A DNA stretch of 64,000 nt from Dehalococcoidia bacterium (GCA_965207225.1 CBDBLV010000005.1:480001-544000), one strand, 5' to 3'. Counted from the first letter of the stretch, positions 1 to 9,305 are shown. A program made the numbers and translations. Notes: generated from the sequence alone by a model not told the origin.

Positions 1-673
1 CCGCAGCCAGCACTGCGTCCCCCTCCACCAGCGCAACCTTCGCCCGGGCCAGGTCCCCATTCTCTTCGTCCTCCGGGAGAAATGCGTCCAGGTCGAAGGT
101 CTGGTCTTGGAGTGCATGTACAATTTCATGGGCCAGTGTGTGCTTTGCCGCTGGGTTGGGCCTGTCCCCGTCACTGAGTACAAACATCTCGCCCGTGTCC
201 GTGTCGTAGTACCCCACCACCGACCCTGCGTACAGGTCTGCAAACACCTCCTTAAGGTCCGTATCCGGCTCTATGAAGTCCAGCAGCGCGAACAACTCCG
301 CCTCAATATCTGCCTCCTCCTGTGTATAGTTCTCTTCGATGTTCTGCCTGATGTTCTCCGCCATCTGCTCGGATGAGATAAAGAACGTGGGTGTCTCTTC
401 TACCATCGCCAGCCCCCTCAGCCCCGACACCTGCTCAGTGATCCGCCGCACCACCTCATCGGTTGCCTCTGGCACCGGCGTAGGCGTCGCCGAAGGGACC
501 GGTGTTGGGGATGGCGTGGTAGTCGGTACAGCGGATGCCAGAGTCATGGCAGTCGCCGTTGCCGCAGGCTCGGGGCTTGGCGATGACGGAGTCTCCCGCT
601 CACACGCCCATACCAGTGCACCAAGCGCGAATGCGGCCGCAATGAGTATGGTGACGCTCGGTTTGAACTTCAT
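1..673 (-). CDS. Lipoprotein with HEXXH zinc-metallopeptidase-like domain (runs off window start)
   Basis: Hand translation from ATG at 673: MKFKPSVTILIAAAFALGALVWAC (lipobox-like), Pro/Thr linker, then VVGYYDTDTGEMFV...TLAHEIVHALQDQTFDL...ALVEGDA. Absent from the ORF track because it is truncated. Confidence 0.8.
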   Translation of the reverse strand, partial: MKFKPSVTILIAAAFALGALVWACERETPSSPSPEPAATATAMTLASAVPTTTPSPTPVPSATPTPVPEATDEVVRRITEQVSGLRGLAMVEETPTFFISSEQMAENIRQNIEENYTQEEADIEAELFALLDFIEPDTDLKEVFADLYAGSVVGYYDTDTGEMFVLSDGDRPNPAAKHTLAHEIVHALQDQTFDLDAFLPEDEENGDLARAKVALVEGDAVLAA

Positions 674-737
674 GACAGTGACAAGTCCCGCCGGGGTCTG
701 GGCCTTCAGACATCTAAACGAAATTCCGACAGGTAGG

Positions 738-1340
738 TTAGACTAGCCCAAGCCCCCACATCGCAACCCCCGACACCGGAGGCACAGTCAAATTGTCGTC
801 CACCGGGCTCGGCAGAAGCTCCACCAGCGCCCCCACCCCAGCCCCTCCCAGCGCCACCCAGTAGGGCATGTCCAGGCCGGCTGCAATTAAAGCACACCCC
901 GCCCCCCCGGCCCCGACTGCAAACGCCAACGTCCCCTCCACCGACTTGCTTCCTATCTTCACCCGGCCGTATCGCTTTCCCACCACCCCCGCCAGCGGGT
1001 CCCCGACTGCAATGTACACAAGGGCCAGAATCGCTATCTCTTTGTCGAAAAACAGGAAGACCATGAGACTGGCCGCCGCCATGTAGGTGCTCCCCAGCAC
1101 CCGACTCGACTCCGACTCTTTCAGTAGTACCGACGTCTGGGCCATAAACCACTCGTTCAGCCTTGGAAACCGCCGTCGGGACAGCTCCAGGACAATCGCA
1201 GTCCCGGTGAGCGATGCAGTGATCGCTATCATCACCTCGCGCTCCAGCCCCAATGCCATCAGTGCCACCGCGGCGGTTGTCACGACATGAAATATGCGGC
1301 GGTGAATCCTGGGCCCGGACTTGACGTCTGAAGCTGGCAT
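738..1340 (-). CDS. CTP-dependent polyprenol/phytol/dolichol kinase family membrane protein
   Basis: RRIFH, GDPLAGVVGKRYG, KSVEGT and DDNLTVP motifs; hydrophobic. Confidence 0.85.
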   Translation of the reverse strand: MPASDVKSGPRIHRRIFHVVTTAAVALMALGLEREVMIAITASLTGTAIVLELSRRRFPRLNEWFMAQTSVLLKESESSRVLGSTYMAAASLMVFLFFDKEIAILALVYIAVGDPLAGVVGKRYGRVKIGSKSVEGTLAFAVGAGGAGCALIAAGLDMPYWVALGGAGVGALVELLPSPVDDNLTVPPVSGVAMWGLGLV

Positions 1341-1354
1341 TAATCGTCAGGGAA

Positions 1355-1735
1355 TCAAGTGCCCCGGACCCGGGCCTCAACCCCGTCCAATGCAGACTTC
1401 AGCGCATCTATCGCCAGCACGGCCGAGTGCAGCTTGGCCGGCGGTATCCCGTCCAGCGCCTCGGCTATGTCGTGCCGTGTCAACGCCCGCGCCTCCCCCA
1501 CCGACATCCCCGCCACCAGCTCCGTGGTCACACTGCTCGCCGCAATCGATGCACTGCACCCCAGCGTCTGAAAGCTCGCCTCCTCGATCCTCTCACCCAC
1601 CATCTTAAGGTAAAGTGTCATCGTGTCCCCGCACACCTCGTTCTTCTCTGTCCCAACGCCCTCCGCATCCTCGATCACGCCCACGTTTCGCGGGTTGTTG
1701 AAGTGGTCTAGGAAAGTCTTGCTGTACCGGGGCAC
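1355..1735 (-). CDS. iscU: Fe-S cluster scaffold, IscU/NifU-N family (third Cys replaced by Ser)
   Basis: YSKTFLDHFNNPRNVG, CGD, LGCSASIA, PPAKLHS; directly downstream of the cysteine desulfurase. Confidence 0.88.
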   Translation of the reverse strand: MPRYSKTFLDHFNNPRNVGVIEDAEGVGTEKNEVCGDTMTLYLKMVGERIEEASFQTLGCSASIAASSVTTELVAGMSVGEARALTRHDIAEALDGIPPAKLHSAVLAIDALKSALDGVEARVRGT

Positions 1736-1736
1736 G

Positions 1737-2912
1737 TCACCCCACCCCCGACACCCTTCGAAGCCTCTCCACTATCCCTGGCAGAACCTCCAGCACCCTG
1801 TCGATGTCCCGGTCCTCGTTCCCCTTCCCCACCGTCAGGCGCAGGCTCCCGACCGCCCTCTCTGCCGGCACCCCCATCGCCGTCAGTACGTGCGACGGGT
1901 CCAGAGACCCCGACGTACAAGCGCTCCCGCTCGACGCCGATATCCCCTCCATGTCCAGCCCCACCAGGATCGACTCCCCAGCCACACCGTCGATGCAAAA
2001 GTTGGCGTTGTTCGGGAGACGCTCCGTCGGGTGTCCGTTCAGCGTCGAGTTCGGCACCTTGCTCAAAATGCCCTGGATCAACCTGTCCCTCATGGCCTTG
2101 CAGTGCTCGTTATTCTCCCCCTGCTCCTCCACCGCCAGCCTCAGCGCCTCCGCCGCCCCGACTATCAGCGGGATGTTCTCCGTCCCCGCCCGACGGTTCC
2201 CCTCCTGGCTCCCCCCGTACTGGAAAGGCCTGAACGGCGTCCCGTTGCGCACGTACAGGATCCCGACCCCCTTCGGCCCATAGAACTTGTGCGCCGCCAG
2301 CGTCAGCATGTCCACGCCTAGCCTGTCCACGTTCAGGTCTAGCACACCCCCCGCCTGCGCCGCATCAGTGTGAAGCACCACCCTTCGCCCGAGAACCGCT
2401 GCCCGCTCCTTCACCGCCTCCCCTATCTCCAAAATCGGCTCTATCGTACCCACCTCATTGTTCGCCAGCATGATCGACACCACGTTCGTTCGCTCGGACA
2501 CCGCCTCCGCCACTTGTTCCGGCTCTACCGTCCCGTACTCGTCCACGCCCAGGTACGTCGTCTCGAACCCGAAGTCGTCTAGCGACTCACACGCATGCAA
2601 GACCGCATGGTGCTCTATCGCCGACGTAACTATGTGGTCCCCCGACTCCTTCTGCCCCAAGGCCGCCCCGGCTATCGCCGCGTTGTCCGCCTCCGTGGCC
2701 CCGCCCGTGAATATCACCTCCTCCGGCGAACATCCGAGAATCCCGGCCACCTTCTCCCGGGCCTCTTCCAGCGCCCCTTGGCTCGTCTGCGAGATCGCAT
2801 ACACCCCCGACGCATTCCCAAAATGCTCCGAAAAGTAAGGCAGCATCGCCTCCAGCACCCGGGGGTCGACCGGCGTCGTAGCTGCATGGTCCAGGTATAT
2901 CTGACGCTTCAT
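1737..2912 (-). CDS. iscS: Cysteine desulfurase (group I)
   Basis: IYLDHAATTP, AHKFYGPKG (PLP Lys), SSGSACTSG (catalytic Cys). Confidence 0.95.
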   Translation of the reverse strand: MKRQIYLDHAATTPVDPRVLEAMLPYFSEHFGNASGVYAISQTSQGALEEAREKVAGILGCSPEEVIFTGGATEADNAAIAGAALGQKESGDHIVTSAIEHHAVLHACESLDDFGFETTYLGVDEYGTVEPEQVAEAVSERTNVVSIMLANNEVGTIEPILEIGEAVKERAAVLGRRVVLHTDAAQAGGVLDLNVDRLGVDMLTLAAHKFYGPKGVGILYVRNGTPFRPFQYGGSQEGNRRAGTENIPLIVGAAEALRLAVEEQGENNEHCKAMRDRLIQGILSKVPNSTLNGHPTERLPNNANFCIDGVAGESILVGLDMEGISASSGSACTSGSLDPSHVLTAMGVPAERAVGSLRLTVGKGNEDRDIDRVLEVLPGIVERLRRVSGVG

Positions 2913-2919
2913 TTCTTAC

Positions 2920-3840
2920 CTACGACCGTGATAGCCCCACTTCAATAACCCCAACAATCTGTGAGTCCCGCGTCACGAACGCCCTGTGCACACCGTTCTC
3001 CCGCATGAAGTCCAGTATCGCCAGGGCGTTTACCTCTGCCGGGACCTGCGGCGCGTCGGGAGGCGCAGGGGCCCCAGTGTACGGAGACATCACCTGGTAC
3101 GCCGAGAATCGGCTGATCGCCTCCCTCGTCCTCGCTGCCTTGTAGTTCGCTACCGCCATCTGCAGCATCCAGAACCCTATGAACCCCAGCCACAGCCCGC
3201 TCAGCCATTCCCCCAGGAAGTAGATGAGGCTCACGCCCCCGGTACACACCATCAGCGCCACCCCGACCCCACCCAATGACGCAATGACAGTCCCCTTCTC
3301 CCGGCTATGCGTGACCGCCCACACCCCCGACCTCACAAGCTGGCCCCCGTCCAAAGGCAGACCCGGCATCAGGTTGAAGATGGCCAGTATCGCATTTGCC
3401 CCGAGCAGGTACGCCCCCAGCACTTCCACGTATTCGTTGCTTGGCCCTATCAGGTAGAGGTACACGAACAACCCCGCCCCGATCACCAGGTTTGTCCCAG
3501 GCCCGACTATCGATATCAGCGCCTCCGTCCGCGGCCTGTCCGCCGACTTTGTCAGATGCGCCACCCCCCCGAACAGCCACAATGTGATGCTCTGCACCGG
3601 AATCCCGTGCAGCTTAGCCATCAGGCTGTGCGCAAGCTCGTGCAGCAATATCGATGCGAAGAACAGAAGCGTGTACACCCCAGCCACCGTCCACACCTCC
3701 ACCGCCGACCAGTGAGGGAATCTGTTCGGTAGGTGGTACACCCCGCCCGGGATAAGCAGAATAGCGAAGATTATCAGCCAGGTGATCTCAATCCTGACCG
3801 GAATCCCGAATACCCGCGCAATTGTCAGTGAGCCACTCAT
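2920..3840 (-). CDS. Site-2 protease (M50) with degenerate C-terminal CBS-like region
   Basis: HELAH, FNLMPGLPLDGG; multiple TM segments. Confidence 0.92.
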   Translation of the reverse strand: MSGSLTIARVFGIPVRIEITWLIIFAILLIPGGVYHLPNRFPHWSAVEVWTVAGVYTLLFFASILLHELAHSLMAKLHGIPVQSITLWLFGGVAHLTKSADRPRTEALISIVGPGTNLVIGAGLFVYLYLIGPSNEYVEVLGAYLLGANAILAIFNLMPGLPLDGGQLVRSGVWAVTHSREKGTVIASLGGVGVALMVCTGGVSLIYFLGEWLSGLWLGFIGFWMLQMAVANYKAARTREAISRFSAYQVMSPYTGAPAPPDAPQVPAEVNALAILDFMRENGVHRAFVTRDSQIVGVIEVGLSRS

Positions 3841-3985
3841 CTTATGTAGGGGGTGCTTCCAGTTTCATTATACAACTGGGTAATGGGGATTCAGGTTAAT
3901 TGGCTCCCACCCCCGACCCTCCCACCCCGTATGCTATACTCACCCCTTGAATCCGACCCTTATTCCTTCCTGCTGACCAACCGCC

Positions 3986-5215
3986 ATGCGAGCCGAAATC
4001 GTTTCCATCGGCACCGAGATCCTCCTCGGTGAAATCACCGACCTTAACGCCCCTTACCTCGCTTCCCAGCTTCCCCTCCTCGGCATCGACCTCTACCGCA
4101 TCCATCAGCTCGGCGACAACCGCGACCGCCTCGTCGAGACCTTCCGCGCCATCTGGTCCCGAGCTGACCTGATCCTCACCACCGGAGGACTCGGCCCTAC
4201 CCAGGACGACGTCACCCGCGAAGCCGTCGCCAAACTGGTCGGCGAGGAGATGAAGGTAGACGCCGACCTGGAGGTCCAGCTTCGCGCCTTCTTCCAGAAC
4301 CGCAACTACCCCATGCCCCTCTCCAACCTCAAGCAGGCCACCCTCATACCCTCCGCCCGACCCATCTACAATCCTCGCGGCACGGCGCCCGGCTGGTGGG
4401 TCGAAAGCGGCGACAAACGGGTCGTCTGTATGCCCGGCCCTCCCGGCGAGATGCAGCGCATGTGGAACAAGGAGGTCTCCCCGGAGCTCAAGAAGCTGGT
4501 CGCGGGTGGCGTCCTCGTCTCCCGCACCGTCAAGACCTTCGGCCTCAGCGAAGGTGGCCTCGACGAAATGGTCGCGTCCCTCCTCTCTTCCCGGAACCCG
4601 ACCATCGGCGTCTACGCTAAGGACGATGGTATCCACCTCCGCATAACCGCCAAGGCCGACGACGAACAGACCGCCTCGACACTCCTCAAGGACATGGAAG
4701 CCCGAGTCGACGATATCCTCGGCAAGTACATCTGGGGCAGAGATGAAGAGACCCTCGAAGGCAACGTCGGCAAGCTCCTCGAGTCCAAGGGCCTGACCCT
4801 CGCCGCCATGGAGTCCTGCAGCGGAGGCCTCCTCGCCCACATGGTAACCAATGTTCCCGGTAGCTCCGGGTACTTCAACGGCGGAGTCGTCTCCTACACC
4901 AACCCGGTTAAGATGGCCAACGGCGTCGACGCCGAAATCCTGGGGCGGCACGGCGCCATAAGCCGGGAAACCGCCAAAGCTATGGCCGACGCCTGCCGCA
5001 CCCGCAACAACGCCGACCTCGGCGTCGGCATCACCGGCGCCGCCGGCCCCAACCCCAGCGAAGGCAAAGACCCGGGCACCGTCTTCCTCGGCATATCCAC
5101 GAAGAATGGCACCCGTTCCGTAGATCTCAACCTCCCCGGCATCCGCGTCCTCGTCAAGCAAAGGGCCGCCATCGCAGCCCTTTACGAGCTTCAAAAAGAA
5201 CTTCACTCCCTGTAA
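3986..5215 (+). CDS. cinA: CinA (MoCF-like ADP-ribose pyrophosphatase + NMN deamidase domains)
   Basis: EIVSIGTEILLG, TGGLGPTQDDVT, GTAPG, PGPPGEM, ESCSGG, GITGAAGP. Confidence 0.93.
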   Translation: MRAEIVSIGTEILLGEITDLNAPYLASQLPLLGIDLYRIHQLGDNRDRLVETFRAIWSRADLILTTGGLGPTQDDVTREAVAKLVGEEMKVDADLEVQLRAFFQNRNYPMPLSNLKQATLIPSARPIYNPRGTAPGWWVESGDKRVVCMPGPPGEMQRMWNKEVSPELKKLVAGGVLVSRTVKTFGLSEGGLDEMVASLLSSRNPTIGVYAKDDGIHLRITAKADDEQTASTLLKDMEARVDDILGKYIWGRDEETLEGNVGKLLESKGLTLAAMESCSGGLLAHMVTNVPGSSGYFNGGVVSYTNPVKMANGVDAEILGRHGAISRETAKAMADACRTRNNADLGVGITGAAGPNPSEGKDPGTVFLGISTKNGTRSVDLNLPGIRVLVKQRAAIAALYELQKELHSL

Positions 5216-5248
5216 CCAAAGTCCCATTAGCCCCGAGAGGAGCCCCTC

Positions 5249-6343
5249 ATGAAAGCGGCAGTACTCTACGAACCCAACACCCCACTGGTTATCGAAGAGC
5301 TAGAACTTGACCCCCCAAGGGCCGGCGAAGTCAAGATCAAGGTCGGCGCGGCCGGCATCTGCCGCAGCGACCTCCACTTCATGCACGGCGACGCCAAGTG
5401 CCCGCTCCCCATCGTCCTCGGCCACGAGGCCGCTGGAACCGTTGAAGAGGTTGGCGAGGGCGTCACCTCCGTCGCCCCCGGCGACCGCGTGGTAATCGCC
5501 TTCGTGTCAACGTGTGGCAGGTGCGAAAACTGCGTCATAGGCAGGCCCAACCTCTGCCTCACCAGGGCCAAGTTCGTCATGTCTCAGTTCGATGGCACAA
5601 GCCGGCTCCGCAAGGGAGACACCAGCGTCGCCCAGTTTGACCAGATGTCCTGTTTCGCCTCCCATACCGTCGTCCCCGAGTCCGCCTGCATCCCCGCCCC
5701 CGACAACCTCCCCATGGAAATTGCCGCCTTCATCGGTTGCTGCACCACTACGGGAGTCGGGGCCGTTCTCTACAACGCAAAGGTAGAGGCCGATAGCACC
5801 GTCGCCGTCGTTGGATGTGGAGGCGTGGGCCTCAACGTCATCATGGGCGCCGTCCTCGCCAACGCCCGGCAGATCATCGCTGTCGACATAAACGAAGGCA
5901 AGCTGGAGTTCGCCATGAAGTTCGGCGCCACCCACTCTGTCAACCCGACCCAGCAGGACGCCGTGGAGCGGGTCAAGGAGCTCACTGGCGGCAGGGGCGT
6001 GGACTACGCCTTCGAAGTCTTCGGCTCCCCCGACACCGTTGAAATGTCCTACGAAATGACTAAGAAGGGCGGCACCGCCGTCGTGGTTGGTATCTCCCCC
6101 TGGGGCACCAAGGCCCCCATAGACCCCGTGGCCCTCGTCCGCGACGAAAAGGTCCTGAAGGGCTGCTACTACGGCTCCGCCCGCCTGAGCGCCGATATGC
6201 CCAAGCTCATCGACATGTACCTCGCCGGCAAGCTCCCCCTCGACGACCTCCTCGCCCGTCGCTACTCCCTCGACCAGATTAACGAAGCCTACGATGACCT
6301 GGAACGCGGCGAAATCGGCCGCGGCGTCATCACCCGGTTCTAG
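5249..6343 (+). CDS. Zn-dependent alcohol dehydrogenase (class III-like MDR)
   Basis: GICRSD, GHE, CGRCENC-x7-C structural Zn site, GCGGVG. Confidence 0.93.
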   Translation: MKAAVLYEPNTPLVIEELELDPPRAGEVKIKVGAAGICRSDLHFMHGDAKCPLPIVLGHEAAGTVEEVGEGVTSVAPGDRVVIAFVSTCGRCENCVIGRPNLCLTRAKFVMSQFDGTSRLRKGDTSVAQFDQMSCFASHTVVPESACIPAPDNLPMEIAAFIGCCTTTGVGAVLYNAKVEADSTVAVVGCGGVGLNVIMGAVLANARQIIAVDINEGKLEFAMKFGATHSVNPTQQDAVERVKELTGGRGVDYAFEVFGSPDTVEMSYEMTKKGGTAVVVGISPWGTKAPIDPVALVRDEKVLKGCYYGSARLSADMPKLIDMYLAGKLPLDDLLARRYSLDQINEAYDDLERGEIGRGVITRF

Positions 6344-6522
6344 CCCTCCCCATCAAATCAGCACCCCCGGGAGCCCCCGACCCAACCGGGGCGGCGGCCT
6401 ACGCCCTGCTAGTCGTCACGTCCGCCCACCCCCACCCCTTCCATCCCCTTCGATTCCCATTCTGCATCATCTCGCTCCCCAAGCCGGAATCTACCCCGCG
6501 GGGCGCGGCGGGGTCTTCAGTC

Positions 6523-6559
6523 CCCTCTCCTTCGATGGGAGAGGGCTAGGGTGAGGGTG
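6523..6559 (+). repeat. REP-like palindrome CCCTCTCC..GGGAGAGGG.TAGGGTGAGGG
   Basis: Short hairpin plus GGGTGAGGG tail; related to the right half of repeat A. Confidence 0.6.
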
Positions 6560-6639
6560 ATACGAGTGCCAAGAGATCAATTATTCAAAGCCCTCGAGAG
6601 GGCAGAGGGCTAGATCCTGTCCCAACGCCCCAATTTTCC

Positions 6640-6665
6640 CATCCCGATGCCCCGCGAGGGATCTG
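6640..6665 (+). repeat. Repeat B copy 1 (CATYCCGATKCCCCRCGAKGRATCTG)
   Basis: Near-identical 26-mers at 6640, 7963, 40202 and 56080. Confidence 0.8.
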
Positions 6666-6723
6666 TCGCACCCCTCCCCCAACCCACTCCGTCTCTAGCC
6701 AACCACCTCCCTCCATCTCCTTC

Positions 6724-6843
6724 CCCCCAGTACCAAACTAGAGGCAGGCGCATGTGCTATGCACATGCGCCTGCCTCTGTTTTTTCTCCCCCTCTCCCTT
6801 ACAGGCCCTAAGGGAGAGGGGGACCAAGGGGGTGAGGGTTCCC
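6724..6843 (+). repeat. Repeat A copy 1: ~120-bp double-hairpin element
   Basis: Perfect 18-bp stem 6740-6757/6761-6778 and 15-bp stem 6787-6801/6809-6823; homologous to 40311-40432 and 48912-49032. Confidence 0.92.
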
Positions 6844-6888
6844 CCCCGGGCCCTGGGAGAAACTCCCCCAAAATGCTCCCAAAGCCTC

Positions 6889-6916
6889 TTGACTCCTGCC
6901 ATATACGTTCTATACT
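6889..6916 (+). promoter_or_regulatory. Sigma70-type promoter
   Basis: TTGACT-N16-TATACT, 14 nt before ATG 6931. Confidence 0.6.
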
Positions 6917-6930
6917 AACGTTCAGACCCA

Positions 6931-7989
6931 ATGTCTACATCCAAACTTCACAACAATCCATTGTCAATACATCATCGCCCCTCCAACGGGGCGTCCGCTC
7001 AAGAGGCGGCTGATCCCTCCCCGGGGCCCGACCTGTCCCCGGATGCCCGCGGCCCTGCACCGCGGAAGAACCCCCGAGGCCCGGCGTCCCCCGACGCACT
7101 CCTCCGGGCCCCGGATGCCTGCGGCAACCTACCGCAGAAGAAAACCCGCACCCCCGCCCCTGTACATCAGGAGCGCAGTCGACGCGGAAGACCGTACCCG
7201 CAAAACCGCGACGGGTCCGGTAAAGCCGGCCAAGCCGAAGGCTCGTTGCCGCGTCTGGCCCCCGAGGGCCGGGGCTTCGAGCAGGAGATAATTCTCCTAC
7301 GTTCCATGATCAACCGCCTCTTGAGCAGGCGCCCCCTCAATCACACCTACATATCCCGTTACATGCGGCTCCTCATCCAGGCCCAGTCCGCACAAACCAA
7401 AGCCCCCAAGGAGCTCACCGACGAACAGGAAGTCGACTCCCTGATCAAGAAGCTCTTCTACAAGAGGGTGGAAGACGGCCAACTCTCCTTCTTCGACCTC
7501 CTGCCCATACGCACCGCCCGGCCGGGCGAGAAATGGTGGCCCTGGAGACAGCTGATGTCCGTGGAAGAACGACGCCGGGACGGCCTCATCGGCCCCGAAG
7601 ACCGCTGGCCCCGAGAAGTGGACGAATACCTCGACCGTAAGGCAGCCCATGAAGCTGAAATGGCGGCCTTTGACGCAGAGACGTGGAGAGACATGGAAGC
7701 GGTCCTTGAAGGCATGTTCGCCCGTGACCCCGTCCTCAGCAACCTCCATGACCCGGACGAAGAATCCCCCGACCCCGATGACGACGATGATCCCAATGAC
7801 GACCCCAACCCCGGAAGTGGGGCCGCTCATGCTGAGGCCCTCGAAGTACGAGCGGGGGGAGGCCCGCGTCCCACCCATACATCACCCTATAACGAAGACT
7901 CGCCGCTTGAAATATCCGTCATTCCCGACTCCGATCGGGAATCCATCCCCGCCCCCCCTTCCCATTCCGATGCCCCGCGAGGAATCTGA
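6931..7989 (+). CDS. Hypothetical protein with low-complexity ends; 3' end runs through REP-like repeats
   Basis: 352-aa ORF behind a good promoter, with a protein-like helical core (GFEQEIILLRSMINRLLSRRPLNHTYISRYMRLLIQAQ). Confidence 0.6.
   Translation: MSTSKLHNNPLSIHHRPSNGASAQEAADPSPGPDLSPDARGPAPRKNPRGPASPDALLRAPDACGNLPQKKTRTPAPVHQERSRRGRPYPQNRDGSGKAGQAEGSLPRLAPEGRGFEQEIILLRSMINRLLSRRPLNHTYISRYMRLLIQAQSAQTKAPKELTDEQEVDSLIKKLFYKRVEDGQLSFFDLLPIRTARPGEKWWPWRQLMSVEERRRDGLIGPEDRWPREVDEYLDRKAAHEAEMAAFDAETWRDMEAVLEGMFARDPVLSNLHDPDEESPDPDDDDDPNDDPNPGSGAAHAEALEVRAGGGPRPTHTSPYNEDSPLEISVIPDSDRESIPAPPSHSDAPRGI
7823..7855 (+). repeat. Repeat D copy 1 (CCGCTCATSCTGAGG..CTCGAAG..CGAGCGG)
   Basis: Homologous to 21050-21084. 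Confidence 0.7.
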
Positions 7990-8072
7990 CGCGCCCATAC
8001 CTGGACCAACCCCGTACCTTCCCACCCACACCCTTCCATCCGTCGTTCCTGCGGAGGCAGGAACCCATCCCC
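7918..8072 (+). repeat. Cluster of REP-like repeats: family C (GTCATTCCCG..GGGAATCCATCCCC) x2 and repeat B copy 2
   Basis: C at 7918-7950 and 8042-8072, B at 7963-7988; related C copies at 21000-21044 and ~6468-6513. Confidence 0.75.
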
Positions 8073-8296
8073 CTACCCCAACCCAGACTGGCCTGAACCC
8101 TCCACCCTGTCCACCTCTTAACCTTCCCGACGTAGACCCACCCCCCAACCCCAAACCCCGCATCGCCCGCGGCCGCCCCCCGCCCTGACCCAAATAACCC
8201 GCGCCAGAAACTGAATAACCGGGGTTGCCCTATCCCCTAACCGTCATCCCGCCCCCAGCAGGCCCGACCCACTCCGTGCTATCGTTCACGGTCTAG

Positions 8297-9097
8297 GTGT
8301 ACACCCTCATGCCCGACTTCCTCACCCCCGACACCATAGACCTGAACTGGTGGAAGGCCCTCCTCCTCCTGTTCACGGGCGCCGTCGCTGGCTTCATCAA
8401 CACCTTCAGCGGCGGCGGCGCAATGCTCACCGTACCCACTCTCATCCTCATGGGCATGCCCGCCGACTTCGCCAACGCCACCAACAGGATCGGCACCCTC
8501 CAGCAGTCCCTCACCAGCACCGTCGGCTTCGAAAGGGCCGGCAAGCTGGAGAAAAGGGCTGCATTGCCAATGCTCTTCCCTACGGCTTCCGGTGCGGTAA
8601 TTGGCGCATTCGCTGCTACCTGGATTCCCGGAGACGTTTTCAAGCCCGTCATCCTGGGCGTGATGATCGCCTTTGCCCTCATAATGATCCTCCTCCCCGA
8701 AGTCATCATCCCACCAGAAGGCACCCGACCCTACACCCTCCGGGAGCGCCCCCTCGCCCTTGCCATGCTCTTCGGCGCTGGCGTGTATGCCGGCCTCGTG
8801 CAAGCTGCCGTAGGCTTCATCCTCATAGCCGCTCTCGCCGCCGGCCTCCGCTACGACTTCGTCCGGACCAACGCCCTCAAGGTCGTCTGCACCGCCTTCT
8901 TCAGCGTAGCCGCAATCCCCGTGTTTATCGCCGCTGGTCTCGTGGAATGGCTCCCGGCCATACTCATCGCCCTCGGCATGACCGTTGGCGCAATTCTTAG
9001 CGTCAAATTCGCCCTCACGGTCAGTCAGAAGTCCATGAAATGGATCGTCTTTGCAATGGTCTGCCTAACCGCCGGCCCCGCCCTCATCTTTACCTGA
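8297..9097 (+). CDS. TauE/SafE (TSUP) family transporter
   Basis: GAVAGFINTFSGGGAMLTVP, ANATN, RTNALK; ATG at 8309 is an alternative start. Confidence 0.9.
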   Translation: MYTLMPDFLTPDTIDLNWWKALLLLFTGAVAGFINTFSGGGAMLTVPTLILMGMPADFANATNRIGTLQQSLTSTVGFERAGKLEKRAALPMLFPTASGAVIGAFAATWIPGDVFKPVILGVMIAFALIMILLPEVIIPPEGTRPYTLRERPLALAMLFGAGVYAGLVQAAVGFILIAALAAGLRYDFVRTNALKVVCTAFFSVAAIPVFIAAGLVEWLPAILIALGMTVGAILSVKFALTVSQKSMKWIVFAMVCLTAGPALIFT

Positions 9098-9195
9098 CAT
9101 TGCACTACGAATCCTTGACCTCCCGGAATCTCCCACCCTTTGCCCCGATCTGGCGTTACCAAAAGTTAAAGCTGGAGCACATACATCAATTGAAT

Positions 9196-9249
9196 AGTTT
9201 GAAAGGAATTTCAAACTGTTTTGACGCAAGCCCGTCCAAGTCATAGAAT
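9196..9249 (+). promoter_or_regulatory. Palindromic operator-like site plus sigma70 promoter
   Basis: AGTTTGAAA-GGAA-TTTCAAACT (9196-9217) just upstream of TTGACG-N17-TAGAAT (9221-9249). Confidence 0.6.
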
Positions 9250-9305
9250 TGGTTTACGGAGTCCACTCACTGCATTAAGGCTCCCGTATCTGGAGGACAA
9301 ATAAG

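Noticed and set aside
3896-5227. 443-aa minus-strand ORF; likewise 19410-21062 (+), 32189-33949 (+), 29343-30455 (-) and many others
   Set aside because: Antisense or off-frame shadows of well-supported genes, expected at high GC; no motifs.
6931-7989. Prophage or IS element
   Set aside because: No integrase, transposase, structural genes or terminal repeats with target duplication were recognised.
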